This document shows positions 9,837 through 20,859 of a stretch of DNA of 64,000 nucleotides, one piece after another (positions within the stretch are counted from its first letter, which is position 1; every line of letters begins with the position of its first letter). Source of the stretch: a bacterium (lineage in GTDB: Bacteria; Actinomycetota; CALGFH01). A program made the translations under genes and the position numbers. The DNA lies in the NCBI GenBank assembly GCA_046727955.1, contig JBKPDO010000038.1:22198-86197 (forward strand), read 5' to 3'. The notes under the pieces are model-generated. The model worked only from the letters and a program-made list of their open reading frames with translations, was not told the DNA's origin and did no database searches.

Positions 9837-10882
9837 CAGAGATGCTTCACGTCGAAGCCGAAGAGATCGTTCTCGGCTCTTCGCTTGAACTCGGCGAGTG
9901 CCGATGGATCGCTGTCGATGCGCCAGTCGGCGCGCTTGACGTAGTCGAACCAGATAAAGCCGATGACATCATGCGACGCAGCAACGCCCGCGAAGAGATC
10001 AGCGACGTCCTTGCGCTTCCGCGGCCCCGGCTCCGAGGCCGTCTCGAGGATGAGGATGGGCTTGCGGGCGAACTTGCGCACCGCAGCCGTCGTTGGACCG
10101 AAGAGCGTCGGGAACGTGCTGGCTCCCCTGCCCGTGTAGTAGCCGATCACGCCGATCCAGTCCACGTACGAGTCGCCAGGATAGAACGGCTTGAGCGGGA
10201 CCTGGGGCACTGGGTTGATGACGTTGGGGCTCCACACCCAGATCACGTTGGTTGCCCCGACGTCGAGAAAGATGTCGTGGATTCGCCGCCATGCGCGCAC
10301 GAAGTCAACCGGGGTTGTCGCTGTGGTTCCCCAGGGGTACCAGTGTCCGTTCATCTCGTGTCCGAAGCTGATGGCCACCGGCAGGTTGAGAGTCCGCACG
10401 GCGGTGGCGAACTTCCTGGTGTAATCGTCAGTCGCGCCGTCAGCGATATCCGCGATGGAGGGTTTGAACGGCTCCCACACCATTACGGGCAGGGCGCCTG
10501 CGGCTCGCGCATTTCTGACCCCCTGGGCGTCAAACTGGTCGCCCCACGCGGTGTAATACTCGAGCAGGTTGGGTTGCTTGCCAATCTTCCCCGCAAAGTC
10601 CCCCACCGGGCCAAGGGACTGGGGAGCGCCGCCGAGGGCGGCGCCGAGGTACTTGCGAGGGGGCTTGAGCAGCGGACGCACGTCGAAGGGGACAAACGCC
10701 TCTTCTGACTGCCCCTCCACTGAACCACCGGCGTCCGTTGCACCCTTCGACCGATGATCCATCGGTCCCGAAGAGCACCCGAGGAACGAGCCGAGCAGCC
10801 CTGCAAGCAGTAGCCCGACGATAGGCCGGGGTATCCTCTTGGCGCGGGCCGCCCAGAGAGCACCAAGACGGCTCGTCCTCAT
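9836..10882 (-). CDS. Glycoside hydrolase family 26 (beta-mannanase/endo-beta-glycanase-like) lipoprotein
   Basis: The GH26 catalytic motif FGHEMNGHWYPWG is present. The lipoprotein signal ends in the lipobox LGC. Its start overlaps the upstream GT2 stop (ATGA), and its stop overlaps the downstream GT39-like start (TGATG). Confidence 0.75.
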   Translation of the reverse strand: MRTSRLGALWAARAKRIPRPIVGLLLAGLLGSFLGCSSGPMDHRSKGATDAGGSVEGQSEEAFVPFDVRPLLKPPRKYLGAALGGAPQSLGPVGDFAGKIGKQPNLLEYYTAWGDQFDAQGVRNARAAGALPVMVWEPFKPSIADIADGATDDYTRKFATAVRTLNLPVAISFGHEMNGHWYPWGTTATTPVDFVRAWRRIHDIFLDVGATNVIWVWSPNVINPVPQVPLKPFYPGDSYVDWIGVIGYYTGRGASTFPTLFGPTTAAVRKFARKPILILETASEPGPRKRKDVADLFAGVAASHDVIGFIWFDYVKRADWRIDSDPSALAEFKRRAENDLFGFDVKHL

Positions 10883-12563
10883 GCGACCTCCTCCTTGCGC
10901 GGCTGGACGAGGATGCGGCCGACGATCGCGGCATAGAAAAGTCCGGAGGAGAGCACGAGCGCATAATCCGGTGGGTCCATCGTCACCATCCGCCAGAGGG
11001 CTGCCCCTACCCACACAAGTGCCGTGGCGCCGCCCCAGACGGTGATGCCAGTCCAGAAGCGTCGGGCTTGGTCATTGTTCTTTCTCGCCGAGGAACCGGT
11101 CGGCCGCCACGCCATCTGCCTGCGACGAAGGCTGTCCCAGATGGCGAAGGTGTGGGCCCAGCCGTACATCATCCGGGTGGCCCACGCCTCCAGCCGGTAA
11201 GGGCACTTGTGCCACATCGGAAAGATCAGTGTCGTATAGACCAGGCTGGGGACGATCAGCGTCATGTTCTCGAGGCGCAGCGTCCCCGGCATTGCCAGCA
11301 GCAACGTGATGGGAATGAGCGGGCCCACAAAGGTGAACAGTGCCGTGTGGATGTAGTAGAAAAAGCCGGACAGATAGCACATGCGGGTCCGCAGCCTGAG
11401 CTTTGTCCTCCAGAACTTCTTGCTGCTCAGCAGGTTCATCGTGCCCGAGCACCAGCGGTACTGCTGGGTCTGGAAGGCGCTCACCGTGTCCGGGCATAGG
11501 CCCGTCGACAGCGTGATAGGCACGTAGCGGAGATCCCAGCCGAGGCGGCGCAGGTCAAAGCCCGTGTGCACGTCCTCGGAGTGCGCAATCAGTGTCGTGC
11601 CACCGTTCTGCCTGAGCGCGGCACGCCGGTAGATGGCGCAGCTACCTACGCAGATCGCACCGTCCCTGCGTTGTCGGGCCACCTGGACCGAGCGGTAGAA
11701 GAGCTCCTGCACCGCCCCGGCTCCGCGCTCGATCCAGCTCTGCTCGTCGAGCACCCGGAAGTACTGCGGGGACTGGACAATTGCAATCCTCCGATCGCTC
11801 TCCATGTACGGAAGCAGTTCGTCGAGCAGATCAGGGCGGGAGCGAAATCGGCGTCGAGGATGACGATGTACTCCCCTGAGGAGAAGTGGAACCCGTAGCG
11901 GAGGTTGCCGGCTTTCTTGAACCAGCCCCGGTTCGGGCGGCTGCCATACGCAAAACCGAAGTTGGCCGCCATGGCGGCGACCGCGCGACTACCCGCGTCG
12001 TCGAGGACGCGGGGCGTGACCACCCCTTGATAGTACTGCGCCATCCCGGCGACGTGAGTCCACGTATTGTGCAGCACTTCGAGAGGCTCACCGCACACCG
12101 GCAGGAAGACGTCGACCGTTGGGTACACGGCCGGGCGCCAAGACGACACCAGGCGCCTATGGGCACGCAGGTCGAAATCTCGGCTGAAAGCGTTGACTGA
12201 GAGCGAGATTAGATAGTACGAGATCGTGAAGAGCAGGAGCGGCAGGTATGCCCACATCCAGTGGGCGGAGTGCATGAGCCTGAGCTGGGCCAAGGTCAGG
12301 CAGGTGAAGCTGACGAGAGAGCAGCAGGTGAGCACCCACAGATGCCGCTCGATATAGGAGTACTTCTCCCGATCGTCCGGCGGCTGAGGCAGGAGCCCCG
12401 CGATGCTGGGCGCCGAGCGGTACGCAGCCCGCCTGCGGCTGTGGGTGGCAGTGGTCCGAGTCCCCGCCCCGCGGTCGATGCTCGGACGCTGACGGACGCC
12501 GACACCGCTTGGGAGGGGAGCCGGCCGGGGTTGGAGGGGGGTCACAGCGGCGGATCTCCACAC
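10879..12563 (-). pseudogene. GT2 processive beta-glycan synthase (cellulose synthase BcsA/CslA-like; DxD, TED and QQYRW motifs), with a 1-bp frameshift near 11858
   Basis: ORF 11646..12563 carries DVFLPVCGEP and ILDADFAP then loses frame. ORF 10879..11805 resumes with PYMESDRRIAIVQSPQYF...EDVHTGF...QQYRWCSG. A single missing C in tcccgccctg restores a continuous protein. Confidence 0.7.
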
Positions 12564-12855
12564 GTAGAGGCAGTTACCGGGGCCCCGCGAAAGGCAGCAG
12601 GGAGGTGAGGCGACGCAAGCCTGTCATATCCCTCTTGAGCTAGCAAGAACGTCACTTCACTGAAGCTTCACCTATAGGACGGACAAGTATGATATTACGC
12701 AATCCGCCAGAAGCGAAAGCGGGCGCTCGTTGGATGGCCCAGTGCGACAGACAGCGAGGGTGCGTCTGTCGAACGGGTCGTGGTCTATGCTTGGGTTGCT
12801 AGCTGGGGTGTTCCCGGGCGGGCCAGATGCCGCCGCGGCTGCGCGCATCAGCTGG

Positions 12856-13317
12856 CTACAGGGCCGCGACCTGGTGCTCGCGTGGCCTTTCGGCGAGCAG
12901 GACCGGCGCCTGCAACACCTCGGCCCGCCGCTCCGGCGGGTCCGGGTCGGGCTCGGGCAGGGCGACGGCGCCCGCGCCGGCGAAAGGCCGTGGCCGTCGT
13001 GGTGCCGGCGCGCCCGCGCCTCCGCCGCGCCCGCGGTACACCAGCAAGCCGTTGACCGGGTCCGGGACCGCGTCCAGCGCGGCCCGCACGCTCGGCAGGA
13101 CGCGGAAGGCCTGCCACTGCTCCTCGTCGGCGAAGGCAACCTCGAATACCACGCCCCAGCGGTGCTCGTTCCAGACCCAGTCGACGGCGCCGTTGGAGAT
13201 CGCCGACTCGATCAGCGACGAGCTGTGAGCGTCCTTCCACCGCGCCGCCGAGAACGCCCCGTGAAATACCTCAATGGACCACCACTCCATGGTCCAACTG
13301 TAATCCGCCATCCTCAA
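12856..13317 (-). CDS. Hypothetical Trp-rich protein
   Basis: Minus-strand ORF (MRMADYSWTMEWWSIEVFHG...) has coding-like composition. The overlapping plus ORF looks antisense. No family is recognised. Confidence 0.4.
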   Translation of the reverse strand: MRMADYSWTMEWWSIEVFHGAFSAARWKDAHSSSLIESAISNGAVDWVWNEHRWGVVFEVAFADEEQWQAFRVLPSVRAALDAVPDPVNGLLVYRGRGGGAGAPAPRRPRPFAGAGAVALPEPDPDPPERRAEVLQAPVLLAERPREHQVAAL

Positions 13318-13376
13318 TCGCGGAACCGGCTCATTGCCTTTGACAGGGGTTTGGGGGAGTTCCTAGGCTGGCTGGC

Positions 13377-14294
13377 ATGACCGAGACGTCCCGCTCCAAG
13401 AGCTTGCCCGAGCTACGGCGCCACCGCCTCCACGGGCGCGAGATGGCGGTGCGGGTCGCCGGTGCGGGACCCGTAGTGGTGCTGCTTCACGGCATCATGG
13501 GCAACTCCGCCAACTGGGCCGGGGTGCTGCCGGCCCTGGCCGAGCAGGCGACAGTGGTCGCGCCCGACCTGCCCGGCCACGGCGCCTCCGCCCCGCTGCG
13601 GGGCGACTACTCCGTCCCCGCCTACGCCAACGCCGTCCGCGACCTGCTGGTCACGCTCGGCCACGATCGCGCCACCCTGGTCGGCCACTCGCTCGGCGGC
13701 GGTGTCGCCATGCAGTTCGCCTACCAGTTCCCGCAGCGCTGCGAACGGCTGGTCCTAGTCGACAGCGGCGGCCTGGGCAACCACGCGCCACTGGTGATGC
13801 GGGCGCTGGCGCTGCCGGGCGTCCACCACCTGCTCCCGCTCGCGTGCAACCGCGTCGCCTTCAGCGCGTCCAACCGGCTGGCCAGCTGGTGGCAGCGGCG
13901 CAATGGCGAGCCGTGGCCGCCGAGCCGGCTCGAGGATGCCTGGGCGGGCTACCGCACGCTGTGCCAGAGCGACGGTCGCCGGGTCGTCGCCGATACCATC
14001 CGCACGCTCATCGGGCCGTTCGGGCAGCGAGTGAGCGCGCTCGACCGGCTCTACCTGGCCGGCGGGCTCCCGGTGCTGATCGTGTGGGGTGCGCGGGACC
14101 CGGTCTTCCCGCTCGAGCACGGGCTGGCCGCCCACCGCGCCCTTCCCGGCAGCCGCCTCGAGGTCTTCGAGAACGTCGGTCACCGTCCCCAGTTGGAGGC
14201 CCCGGACCGCCTCGCGCAGGTGCTGCACGACTTCCTGCGCTCCACCGAGCCCGCCGCCTTCACCGAGCAGCGCTGGCGCGAGCTGTTCAGGTGA
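13377..14294 (+). CDS. Alpha/beta hydrolase fold protein
   Basis: The HGxxG oxyanion motif (VVLLHGIMGN) and the nucleophile elbow GHSLGG are present. Length is typical at 305 aa. Confidence 0.8.
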   Translation: MTETSRSKSLPELRRHRLHGREMAVRVAGAGPVVVLLHGIMGNSANWAGVLPALAEQATVVAPDLPGHGASAPLRGDYSVPAYANAVRDLLVTLGHDRATLVGHSLGGGVAMQFAYQFPQRCERLVLVDSGGLGNHAPLVMRALALPGVHHLLPLACNRVAFSASNRLASWWQRRNGEPWPPSRLEDAWAGYRTLCQSDGRRVVADTIRTLIGPFGQRVSALDRLYLAGGLPVLIVWGARDPVFPLEHGLAAHRALPGSRLEVFENVGHRPQLEAPDRLAQVLHDFLRSTEPAAFTEQRWRELFR

Positions 14295-14417
14295 GCCGAT
14301 AGTCTGGCTGGGAGCGCGTCGAGGCGGGACTCGCGAGGTAGCGCGGGTCCGCGGCATGCCAGGCGCGAAGCGGCCGCACAGTGCATCCCAACCTCAACGG
14401 GAAGGCGGAGCAAGATC

Positions 14418-16745
14418 GTGACGACGACCATCCATCAGCAGATCGCCGAGGAGCTCGGCGTGCGCGAGCGGCAGGTCACCGCGGCCGTCGAGCTGCTCGA
14501 CGGTGGCGCCACCGTGCCGTTCATCGCCCGCTACCGCAAGGAAGCGACCGGGACGCTCGACGACGAGCAGTTGCGCACGCTCGAGGACCGCCTGCGCTAC
14601 CTGCGCGAGCTGGAGGAGCGCCGCACGTCGGTGCTGGAGTCGATCCGCGCCCAGGGCAAGCTCGACGACGCGTTCGAGGCGCAGATCATGGCGGCCGATT
14701 CGAAGGCGCGGCTCGAGGACATCTACCTGCCCTACAAGCCCAAGCGTCGCACCAAGGCGCAGATCGCCATCCAGGCGGGTCTGGAGCCGCTGGCCGATCA
14801 GCTCCTGGCCGATCCGACCGGCGATCCGCGGGCGACCGCGGCCCCCTTCGTCGACGCCGACAAGGGCGTGGCCGACGCCGACGCCGCGCTGGACGGCGCA
14901 CGCGCGATCCTGGTCGAGCGCTTCGCCGAGGACGCCGACCTGATCGGCGCGCTGCGCGAGCGGATGTGGTCGAGTGGCCGGCTGCTGTCGCGCGTCCGCG
15001 ACGGCCGGCAGGAGGCCGGCGCCAAGTTCGCCGACTATTTCGACTTCGCGGAGCCCCTCACCAAGCTGCCGTCGCACCGGGTCCTGGCGCTGTTCCGCGG
15101 CGAGAGCGAGGAGGTCCTCGACCTCATGCTCTCGCCGGAGGATGCGCCGCCGCGGCGGGCGGCGCCTGGGTCCGCCGCGCCACCGGGAGCGCCGGCGCCA
15201 ACGACCTCTCAGGCCGGGCTGAGCGGCTACGAGCTGCGCGTCGCCCAGCGCTTCGGCATCGCGGACCGTGGCCGCGCGGCCGACCGCTGGCTGATGGACA
15301 CGGTCCGCTGGGCCTGGCGCACGCGCATCCTCGTCCACCTCAGCATCGACCTGCGCACGCGCCTGTGGCAGGCGGCGGAGGACGAGGCGGTGCGCGTGTT
15401 CGCCGCCAACCTGCGGGACCTGCTGCTCGCCGCCCCGGCCGGGGCGCGCCCGACCATGGGCCTTGACCCCGGCTTCCGCACCGGGGTCAAGGTCGCGGTG
15501 GTCGACGCGACTGGCAAGGTGGTGGCGGCCGAGACGATCTATCCGCACCAGCCGCAGCGGCGCTGGGACGAGGCGATCGCCGTCCTGGCGCGGCTGGTGC
15601 GAGCGCACCGCGTCGAGCTGGTCGCGATCGGCAACGGCACTGCCTCGCGCGAGACCGACAAGCTCGCGGGCGACCTGATCAAGCTGCACCCGCGGCTCGA
15701 CCTCACCAAGGTCGTGGTGTCGGAGGCCGGCGCCTCGGTGTACTCCGCCTCGGCCTACGCCTCCCAGGAGCTGCCTGGGCTGGACGTGTCGCTGCGCGGC
15801 GCGGTCTCCGTCGCCCGGCGGCTGCAGGACCCGCTCGCGGAGCTGGTCAAGATCGACCCCAAGTCGATCGGCGTCGGCCAATACCAGCACGACGTCTCGG
15901 AGAGCAAGCTGTCGCGCTCGCTCTCGGCGGTAGTGGAGGACTGCGTGAACGCGGTCGGCGTCGACGTCAACACCGCCTCGGCGCCGCTGCTGGGGCGCGT
16001 GTCGGGCATCGGCACGGTGCTGGCGGAGAACATCGTGGGACAGCGCGACGCCAACGGCCCCTTCCGTTCGCGCTGGGCACTCGAGGACGTCCCCAGGCTC
16101 GGCCCGAAGGCGTTCGAGCAGTGCGCCGGCTTCCTGCGCATCCGCGGCGGCGACGATCCGCTCGACGCCTCGAGCGTGCACCCCGAGGCCTATCCAGTGG
16201 TGCGCCGCATCCTCGAGGCGACCACCGGCGACATCGCGACGCTGATCGGCAACAGCAGGGTGCTGCGCTCGCTCGAGCCGAAGCGGTTCGTGGACGGGAC
16301 CTTCGGCCTGCCGACCGTGACCGACATCCTCAAGGAGCTGGAGAAGCCGGGGCGTGACCCGCGCCCGGCCTTCAGGACCGCGACCTTCACAGAGGGCGTG
16401 GACACGCTGGAGGACCTCGAGCCCGGCATGCTGCTTGAGGGCGTCGTCACCAACGTCGCCGCCTTCGGTGCGTTCGTGGACGTTGGCGTGCACCAGGACG
16501 GCCTCGTCCACGTCTCGGCGATGTCGCGGACCTTCGTGAAGGACCCGCGCGAGGTGGTCAAGCCGGGCGACGTGGTGCGCGTGAAGGTGCTCAGCGTCGA
16601 CGTCCCCCGCAGGCGCATCTCGCTCACCCTGCGGCTCGACGACACCCCCGAGGCTCGCGCCGCCCCCCGCGCCACCCAGCGCCGCCGCCCGCCCCCTGAC
16701 ACCGCCCTCGGCGAGGCCCTCCGCCGCGCCGGCCTCCGACCCTGA
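14418..16745 (+). CDS. tex: RNA-binding transcription accessory protein Tex (HhH, YqgF-like and S1 domains)
   Basis: The characteristic Tex N-terminus [34 protein letters not shown] is present. The C-terminal S1 domain is present. Length is 775 aa. Confidence 0.9.
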   Translation: MTTTIHQQIAEELGVRERQVTAAVELLDGGATVPFIARYRKEATGTLDDEQLRTLEDRLRYLRELEERRTSVLESIRAQGKLDDAFEAQIMAADSKARLEDIYLPYKPKRRTKAQIAIQAGLEPLADQLLADPTGDPRATAAPFVDADKGVADADAALDGARAILVERFAEDADLIGALRERMWSSGRLLSRVRDGRQEAGAKFADYFDFAEPLTKLPSHRVLALFRGESEEVLDLMLSPEDAPPRRAAPGSAAPPGAPAPTTSQAGLSGYELRVAQRFGIADRGRAADRWLMDTVRWAWRTRILVHLSIDLRTRLWQAAEDEAVRVFAANLRDLLLAAPAGARPTMGLDPGFRTGVKVAVVDATGKVVAAETIYPHQPQRRWDEAIAVLARLVRAHRVELVAIGNGTASRETDKLAGDLIKLHPRLDLTKVVVSEAGASVYSASAYASQELPGLDVSLRGAVSVARRLQDPLAELVKIDPKSIGVGQYQHDVSESKLSRSLSAVVEDCVNAVGVDVNTASAPLLGRVSGIGTVLAENIVGQRDANGPFRSRWALEDVPRLGPKAFEQCAGFLRIRGGDDPLDASSVHPEAYPVVRRILEATTGDIATLIGNSRVLRSLEPKRFVDGTFGLPTVTDILKELEKPGRDPRPAFRTATFTEGVDTLEDLEPGMLLEGVVTNVAAFGAFVDVGVHQDGLVHVSAMSRTFVKDPREVVKPGDVVRVKVLSVDVPRRRISLTLRLDDTPEARAAPRATQRRRPPPDTALGEALRRAGLRP

Positions 16746-16864
16746 GCCCCGCCTCGGCCCTTTGCCCGCCGGCCGGCCCTGAGCTCCGCCCCGGGCTCCG
16801 ACCCTGACCCTCCCCCGGCCCCCGGCCTCCGACCCCTGGCCTCCGACCCTGAGCTCCGCCCCGG
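16731..16864. repeat. About 26-bp direct repeats (gcctccgaccctgagcYccgccYcggc) separated by about 106 bp, downstream of tex
   Basis: Direct reading. Copies lie at 16731-16758 and 16837-16864. Confidence 0.6.
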
Positions 16865-16894
16865 CGGCTGGGGGTATTTCCAGGGGGATCCCCG

Positions 16895-19522
16895 ATGGCG
16901 GTGGGATCGGGCTTGGGGGAGCCTGCGCGCGAGGAGGTGGGCGCGGTGCTGGCTGCGACGTTGAAGGGGCTGCTCGCACGCCGGGCGCGGCTGGCACTCA
17001 CCGCCGCCGCGGTGATGATCGGCGTGGCGCTGGTGGCCGGCACGCTGATGCTCACCGACGCCGTCAGCCGCTCGGTGCGCCAGCTCACCGCACGCGCGCA
17101 AGCCGGCGTGGACGTGGTCGTGCGCAACGCCGACAACGCCGGCGGCGGCCCGCCGCGGGCCATCGGGCCCGATCTGGTCGCCGCCATCAGGGCGGTGCCC
17201 GGAGCGCGGGCGGTGGCGGGGGTGGTGGTCGGCGAGAAGGCGACGATCATCGGCCGCGATGGCTGGCCGATCCGCCATCGGCGCGCGTCGAACCTGGTGA
17301 CGAGCTGGCCAGCCGACCCGGCGCTGGCCGCCGGCTATACGCTGCGGCAGGGCCGCCCTCCGGAGCGTGACGGTGAGGCCCTGCTCGACCAGGCCACTGC
17401 CGGCGCGGCCGGCTGGCGGCTCGACGACACCCTTGGGATCCTCGGCGCGGACGGCGCCCAGCACCGCTTCCGCGTCGTGGGGATCACCGGCTTCGCCGGC
17501 GCCCAGAGCCCGGCCTCCGAGCTCGACACCTTCGACACCCCGACCGTGGCGGTGCTGCAGACGAGCGCGGCGCAGCGCCTGCTGGGCCGCGGCGACACCG
17601 TGGACGAGGTCCGGGTGCGCGCCGCGCCCGGGGTGAGCCCGGACGCGCTGCGCGACCGGATCGCCCACCTGCTGCCCACCGGGCGCCTGGAGGCCGTCAC
17701 CGCCGCCAGCCTTGCCGCCAGGCAGGCCGACGAGGTCCAGAGCTACGTCGACGGGCTCCGCGCGGCTCTGCTGGCCTTCGCGGCCGCCGCCCTGCTGGTC
17801 GGCTCGTCCATCATCTGGAACACCTTCTCGGTGCTGGTCGCCGGGCGCACGCGCGAGGTCGCGCTGCTGCGGCTGCTCGGCGCGACCCGCCGGCAGGTGC
17901 TCGGCTCGGTGCTGCTGGAGGCGACCATCCTCGGGCTGGCCGCCGCGACCGCCGGGGTCGCCGTCGGGGTCGGCGCAGCGCTGGGCCTGGAGGTGCTGCT
18001 GCGCGGGCTAGGGAACACGCTGCCACCCGCCGGACTGGTGCTCGCGCCGCGAACAGTGCTTGCCGGGCTTGCGGTCGGTGCGCTGGTCACCGCGGCGGCG
18101 GCGCTGGCCCCGGCCCGGCGGGCCAGCCGGGTGGCGCCGCTCGAGGCGATCCGCCAGGCCACCCCTTCGGCGCCGCTGCCGGCCGGACGTGCCCGGACCG
18201 CGGTTGGGGTGGGCCTTGCGGCGGTCGGCGGGGCCGGCATCGTGGCCTCGCTGGTGGTGCCGAACAGGACGACGGCCCTGAGCGGCCTCGGCACCTTCGC
18301 TGCCCTGCCCGGCGCCATGGCCCTCGGGCCGGTGCTCGCCCCGGCCCTGGCCCGGGTGGTCGGCGCGCCGCTGGCGCGCGTGGCCGGGGTCGCGGCTCGA
18401 CTCGCCCGCCACAACGTCCTCGGCAACCCGCGACGGTCGGCGGCGACGGTCGGCGTGCTCACGGTCGGGCTGGTCCTGGCGGCCGGCACCAGCGTGCTCG
18501 CCACCTCGGCGTCCCGGTCGGTCCGGGCCGGCATCCAGGCCGGCAGCCACGCCGACCTGTACCTCCAGGGCGCCCTCCCCCTGGCCGCGGTGGCCCGGCT
18601 GAAGGCGCTCCCCGAGGTAGATGCCGCCCTGGCCGTCAAGACCGCCCACGTCCGCATCAGCGGCGGCCGGGTCGGCGTCGACGGGATCGACCCGGCTCCC
18701 GCGGCCCGCATCCTCGACCTCGGCCTGCGCGCCGGCAGCCTCCAAGCGCTGGACCGGCCCGGCGACGGCGTGCTGATCTCGGCCCGGCTGGCCAACGAGA
18801 ACGGCTGGCGGATCGGCAGCCTGATCCCGGTCGGGTTCTCCGAGGCCGGCGTGACCCGCCGGCTGCCGGTCGCCGGGATCTTCGCCCGCGACTCCCTGTT
18901 CGGCAACGACCTCGTGCTGCCCATCGACCTGGTGGACCGCTACTTCCCGCTCGGCCGTGGTCAGGCCGACCTCACGCTGCTGCGCGCCGCCGCGGGCATG
19001 ACCCGGGGCGCGCTGACGGCCGCGGTCCAGCGCGTGCTCGTCCCGTACCCGGGCGTGACCGTCGCCGACCCGGCCGCCTACCAGCGCGAGCGGGCCAGCG
19101 ATCTGGGCGACCTCGGCGGGGCGCTCGGGCTGCTCACCGCGCTGGTCCTGCTCGCGGCTGGTATCGCCACGCTGGGGATCGCCAACACTGTGGCCCTGGC
19201 GGTGGTGGAGCGCACCCGGGAGCTGGGGCTGCTGCGCGCGGTGGGCATGACCGCACGGCAGCTCGCCGCCATGATCCGCTGGGAGTCGGTGATCGTCGCG
19301 GTCTCCGGCGCGGTGCTGGGCATCACCCTCGGGATCGGGCTCGGGGCGGCCATCGCCCACGCCATGACGGTCGAACAGGCCGGCACCGCCACGATTGCCC
19401 TACCAGCGGGGCAGCTGCTGGTCGACTTCGCTCTCGCCGGCTCGGCCGGGCTGCTCGCCGCCGCCGTCCCCGCCCGCCGCGCCGCCCGCCTCGACCTGCT
19501 CACCGCCATCGGCACGGAGTGA
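16895..19522 (+). CDS. ABC transporter permease, FtsX/MacB-like with two FtsX domains (no adjacent ATPase gene)
   Basis: 875 aa. Two blocks of four TM helices are each preceded by a large extracytoplasmic domain, which is the typical duplicated FtsX-like architecture. Confidence 0.75.
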   Translation: MAVGSGLGEPAREEVGAVLAATLKGLLARRARLALTAAAVMIGVALVAGTLMLTDAVSRSVRQLTARAQAGVDVVVRNADNAGGGPPRAIGPDLVAAIRAVPGARAVAGVVVGEKATIIGRDGWPIRHRRASNLVTSWPADPALAAGYTLRQGRPPERDGEALLDQATAGAAGWRLDDTLGILGADGAQHRFRVVGITGFAGAQSPASELDTFDTPTVAVLQTSAAQRLLGRGDTVDEVRVRAAPGVSPDALRDRIAHLLPTGRLEAVTAASLAARQADEVQSYVDGLRAALLAFAAAALLVGSSIIWNTFSVLVAGRTREVALLRLLGATRRQVLGSVLLEATILGLAAATAGVAVGVGAALGLEVLLRGLGNTLPPAGLVLAPRTVLAGLAVGALVTAAAALAPARRASRVAPLEAIRQATPSAPLPAGRARTAVGVGLAAVGGAGIVASLVVPNRTTALSGLGTFAALPGAMALGPVLAPALARVVGAPLARVAGVAARLARHNVLGNPRRSAATVGVLTVGLVLAAGTSVLATSASRSVRAGIQAGSHADLYLQGALPLAAVARLKALPEVDAALAVKTAHVRISGGRVGVDGIDPAPAARILDLGLRAGSLQALDRPGDGVLISARLANENGWRIGSLIPVGFSEAGVTRRLPVAGIFARDSLFGNDLVLPIDLVDRYFPLGRGQADLTLLRAAAGMTRGALTAAVQRVLVPYPGVTVADPAAYQRERASDLGDLGGALGLLTALVLLAAGIATLGIANTVALAVVERTRELGLLRAVGMTARQLAAMIRWESVIVAVSGAVLGITLGIGLGAAIAHAMTVEQAGTATIALPAGQLLVDFALAGSAGLLAAAVPARRAARLDLLTAIGTE

Positions 19523-19540
19523 CGCCCAAAGGAACCCGCG

Positions 19541-20577
19541 TTACAGGCCGGCCTCGGCGAGGAGGAGGTCGACCAGGACCTCGGGGTCGGCGAGGTCGTG
19601 GGGCAGCCCTCGCGATACGAACCAGCTGCAGACCGCGCGCACGTCCCGCTGCAGGAACGTGCGGCCCTGCGGGTTGGCCACGACGTCGACCAGCTGCGGC
19701 AGGTCGATCAGGACCAGCTCCCCGCCATCGACCAGCAGGTTGTACGCCGACAGGTCGCCGTGGGCGTAGCCGCGGCGAGCCAGCGTCACCATGGCGTCGA
19801 AGAGCTGCCGCCACAGGTCTTCCAGCTCGCGCGGATCCGGGTGGAGCTGCACCAACCGCGGCGCGGCCGTGCCCGCGGCGTCCCCGACGAACTCCAGCAA
19901 CAACTCCGTGCCGATCCGCTGGACGGGGTACGGCACGGGAGCCCCGGCCGCCCACAGTTCGCGCAGCGCGGCAAACTCCGCCACCGCCCACTGCTGCGCG
20001 ATGAGGTTGCGGCCGAACTGGCTGCGGCGCTGCATCGCCCGCATCTCGCGGGACGCCCTGACGCGCCGTCCTTCCAGATAGCCCGCGTCCCGATGGAACA
20101 GGCGGTGGTCGCCGCCGCGGTAGCGTTTGGCCGCCATCAGGCAGGCCCGGCCGGCGCCGGGCAGGGCGCGCTCGACCAGGTACACGTCGGCTTCCTTGCC
20201 GGTCTTGAGGACGCCGAGGTCGGAGTCGACCGCGGCAAGCTCGGTGACACCCAGCTCGGGTACGGCTGCGGCCCGCGCTCGTCTGCCCCGTCCCAGCTGG
20301 ACCAACGGTGACCTTCGGGGGGACCGTCATCGCATGCGGCAGCCTCGCGCTTCTGGGCAAGGCGGGCGCGCGCCTCCTCGGTCAGCCGGCCCCTGGTGCG
20401 GGATTGCGGTTGGTCGTCGCGGTTGCGGCGCACCCGCTCGGCCGCGGGCGCGTCGGCCTGGTCGTACAGCTCGTAGAGGGAATCGACGTCGCCGACGTCG
20501 CCGATGTCGCCGGTAAGCAGTCGTTCGATGTCGCGCTCGCGCACGTGTGGCTCCTTGTGAGGGATCGCATCCCCCAC
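19541..20577 (-). pseudogene. RIO1-family serine protein kinase, apparently frameshifted near 20245
   Basis: ORF 19541..20305 holds the kinase core (LKTGKEADVYL, HGDLSAYNLL). ORF 20137..20577 holds the N-terminal region ending ...WSSWDGADERGPQPYPSWV. It joins TELAAVDSDLG only in another frame, so a 1-bp indel is implied. Confidence 0.6.
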
Positions 20578-20859
20578 CGCCGCGCGAGCGCGTCGCCCGC
20601 GTCAGCGACCGGGGAGATGCACGGGAGGGCGCCGGCAAGCACCATCCCTGACGGCGGACACTGCCACGACGCACCTCCTTTGCTCCCCGGCTCACGTATG
20701 CCGGTCGACGACAACGTCGGGAGCACTCTGCCGGGCCGGTGCGAGCGGCGCAAGCGATTTTCCACAGCGTGCCTACGGCTCCAGGACGCGCACGTCCACG
20801 CCCGACCCTGCTGTCGAGACCGCGTGGCCGTCGTCTCCACGTCCTCGAGCCGCGCATGG

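Noticed and set aside
14394-16997. 867-aa minus-strand ORF antisense to tex
   Set aside because: It is a shadow ORF of a highly conserved gene. Composition is dominated by R, G, A and P. No motif is recognised.
17743-19360. Minus-strand ORFs of 393 and 450 aa inside the ABC permease gene
   Set aside because: They are shadow ORFs. The plus-strand frame gives a duplicated FtsX architecture.
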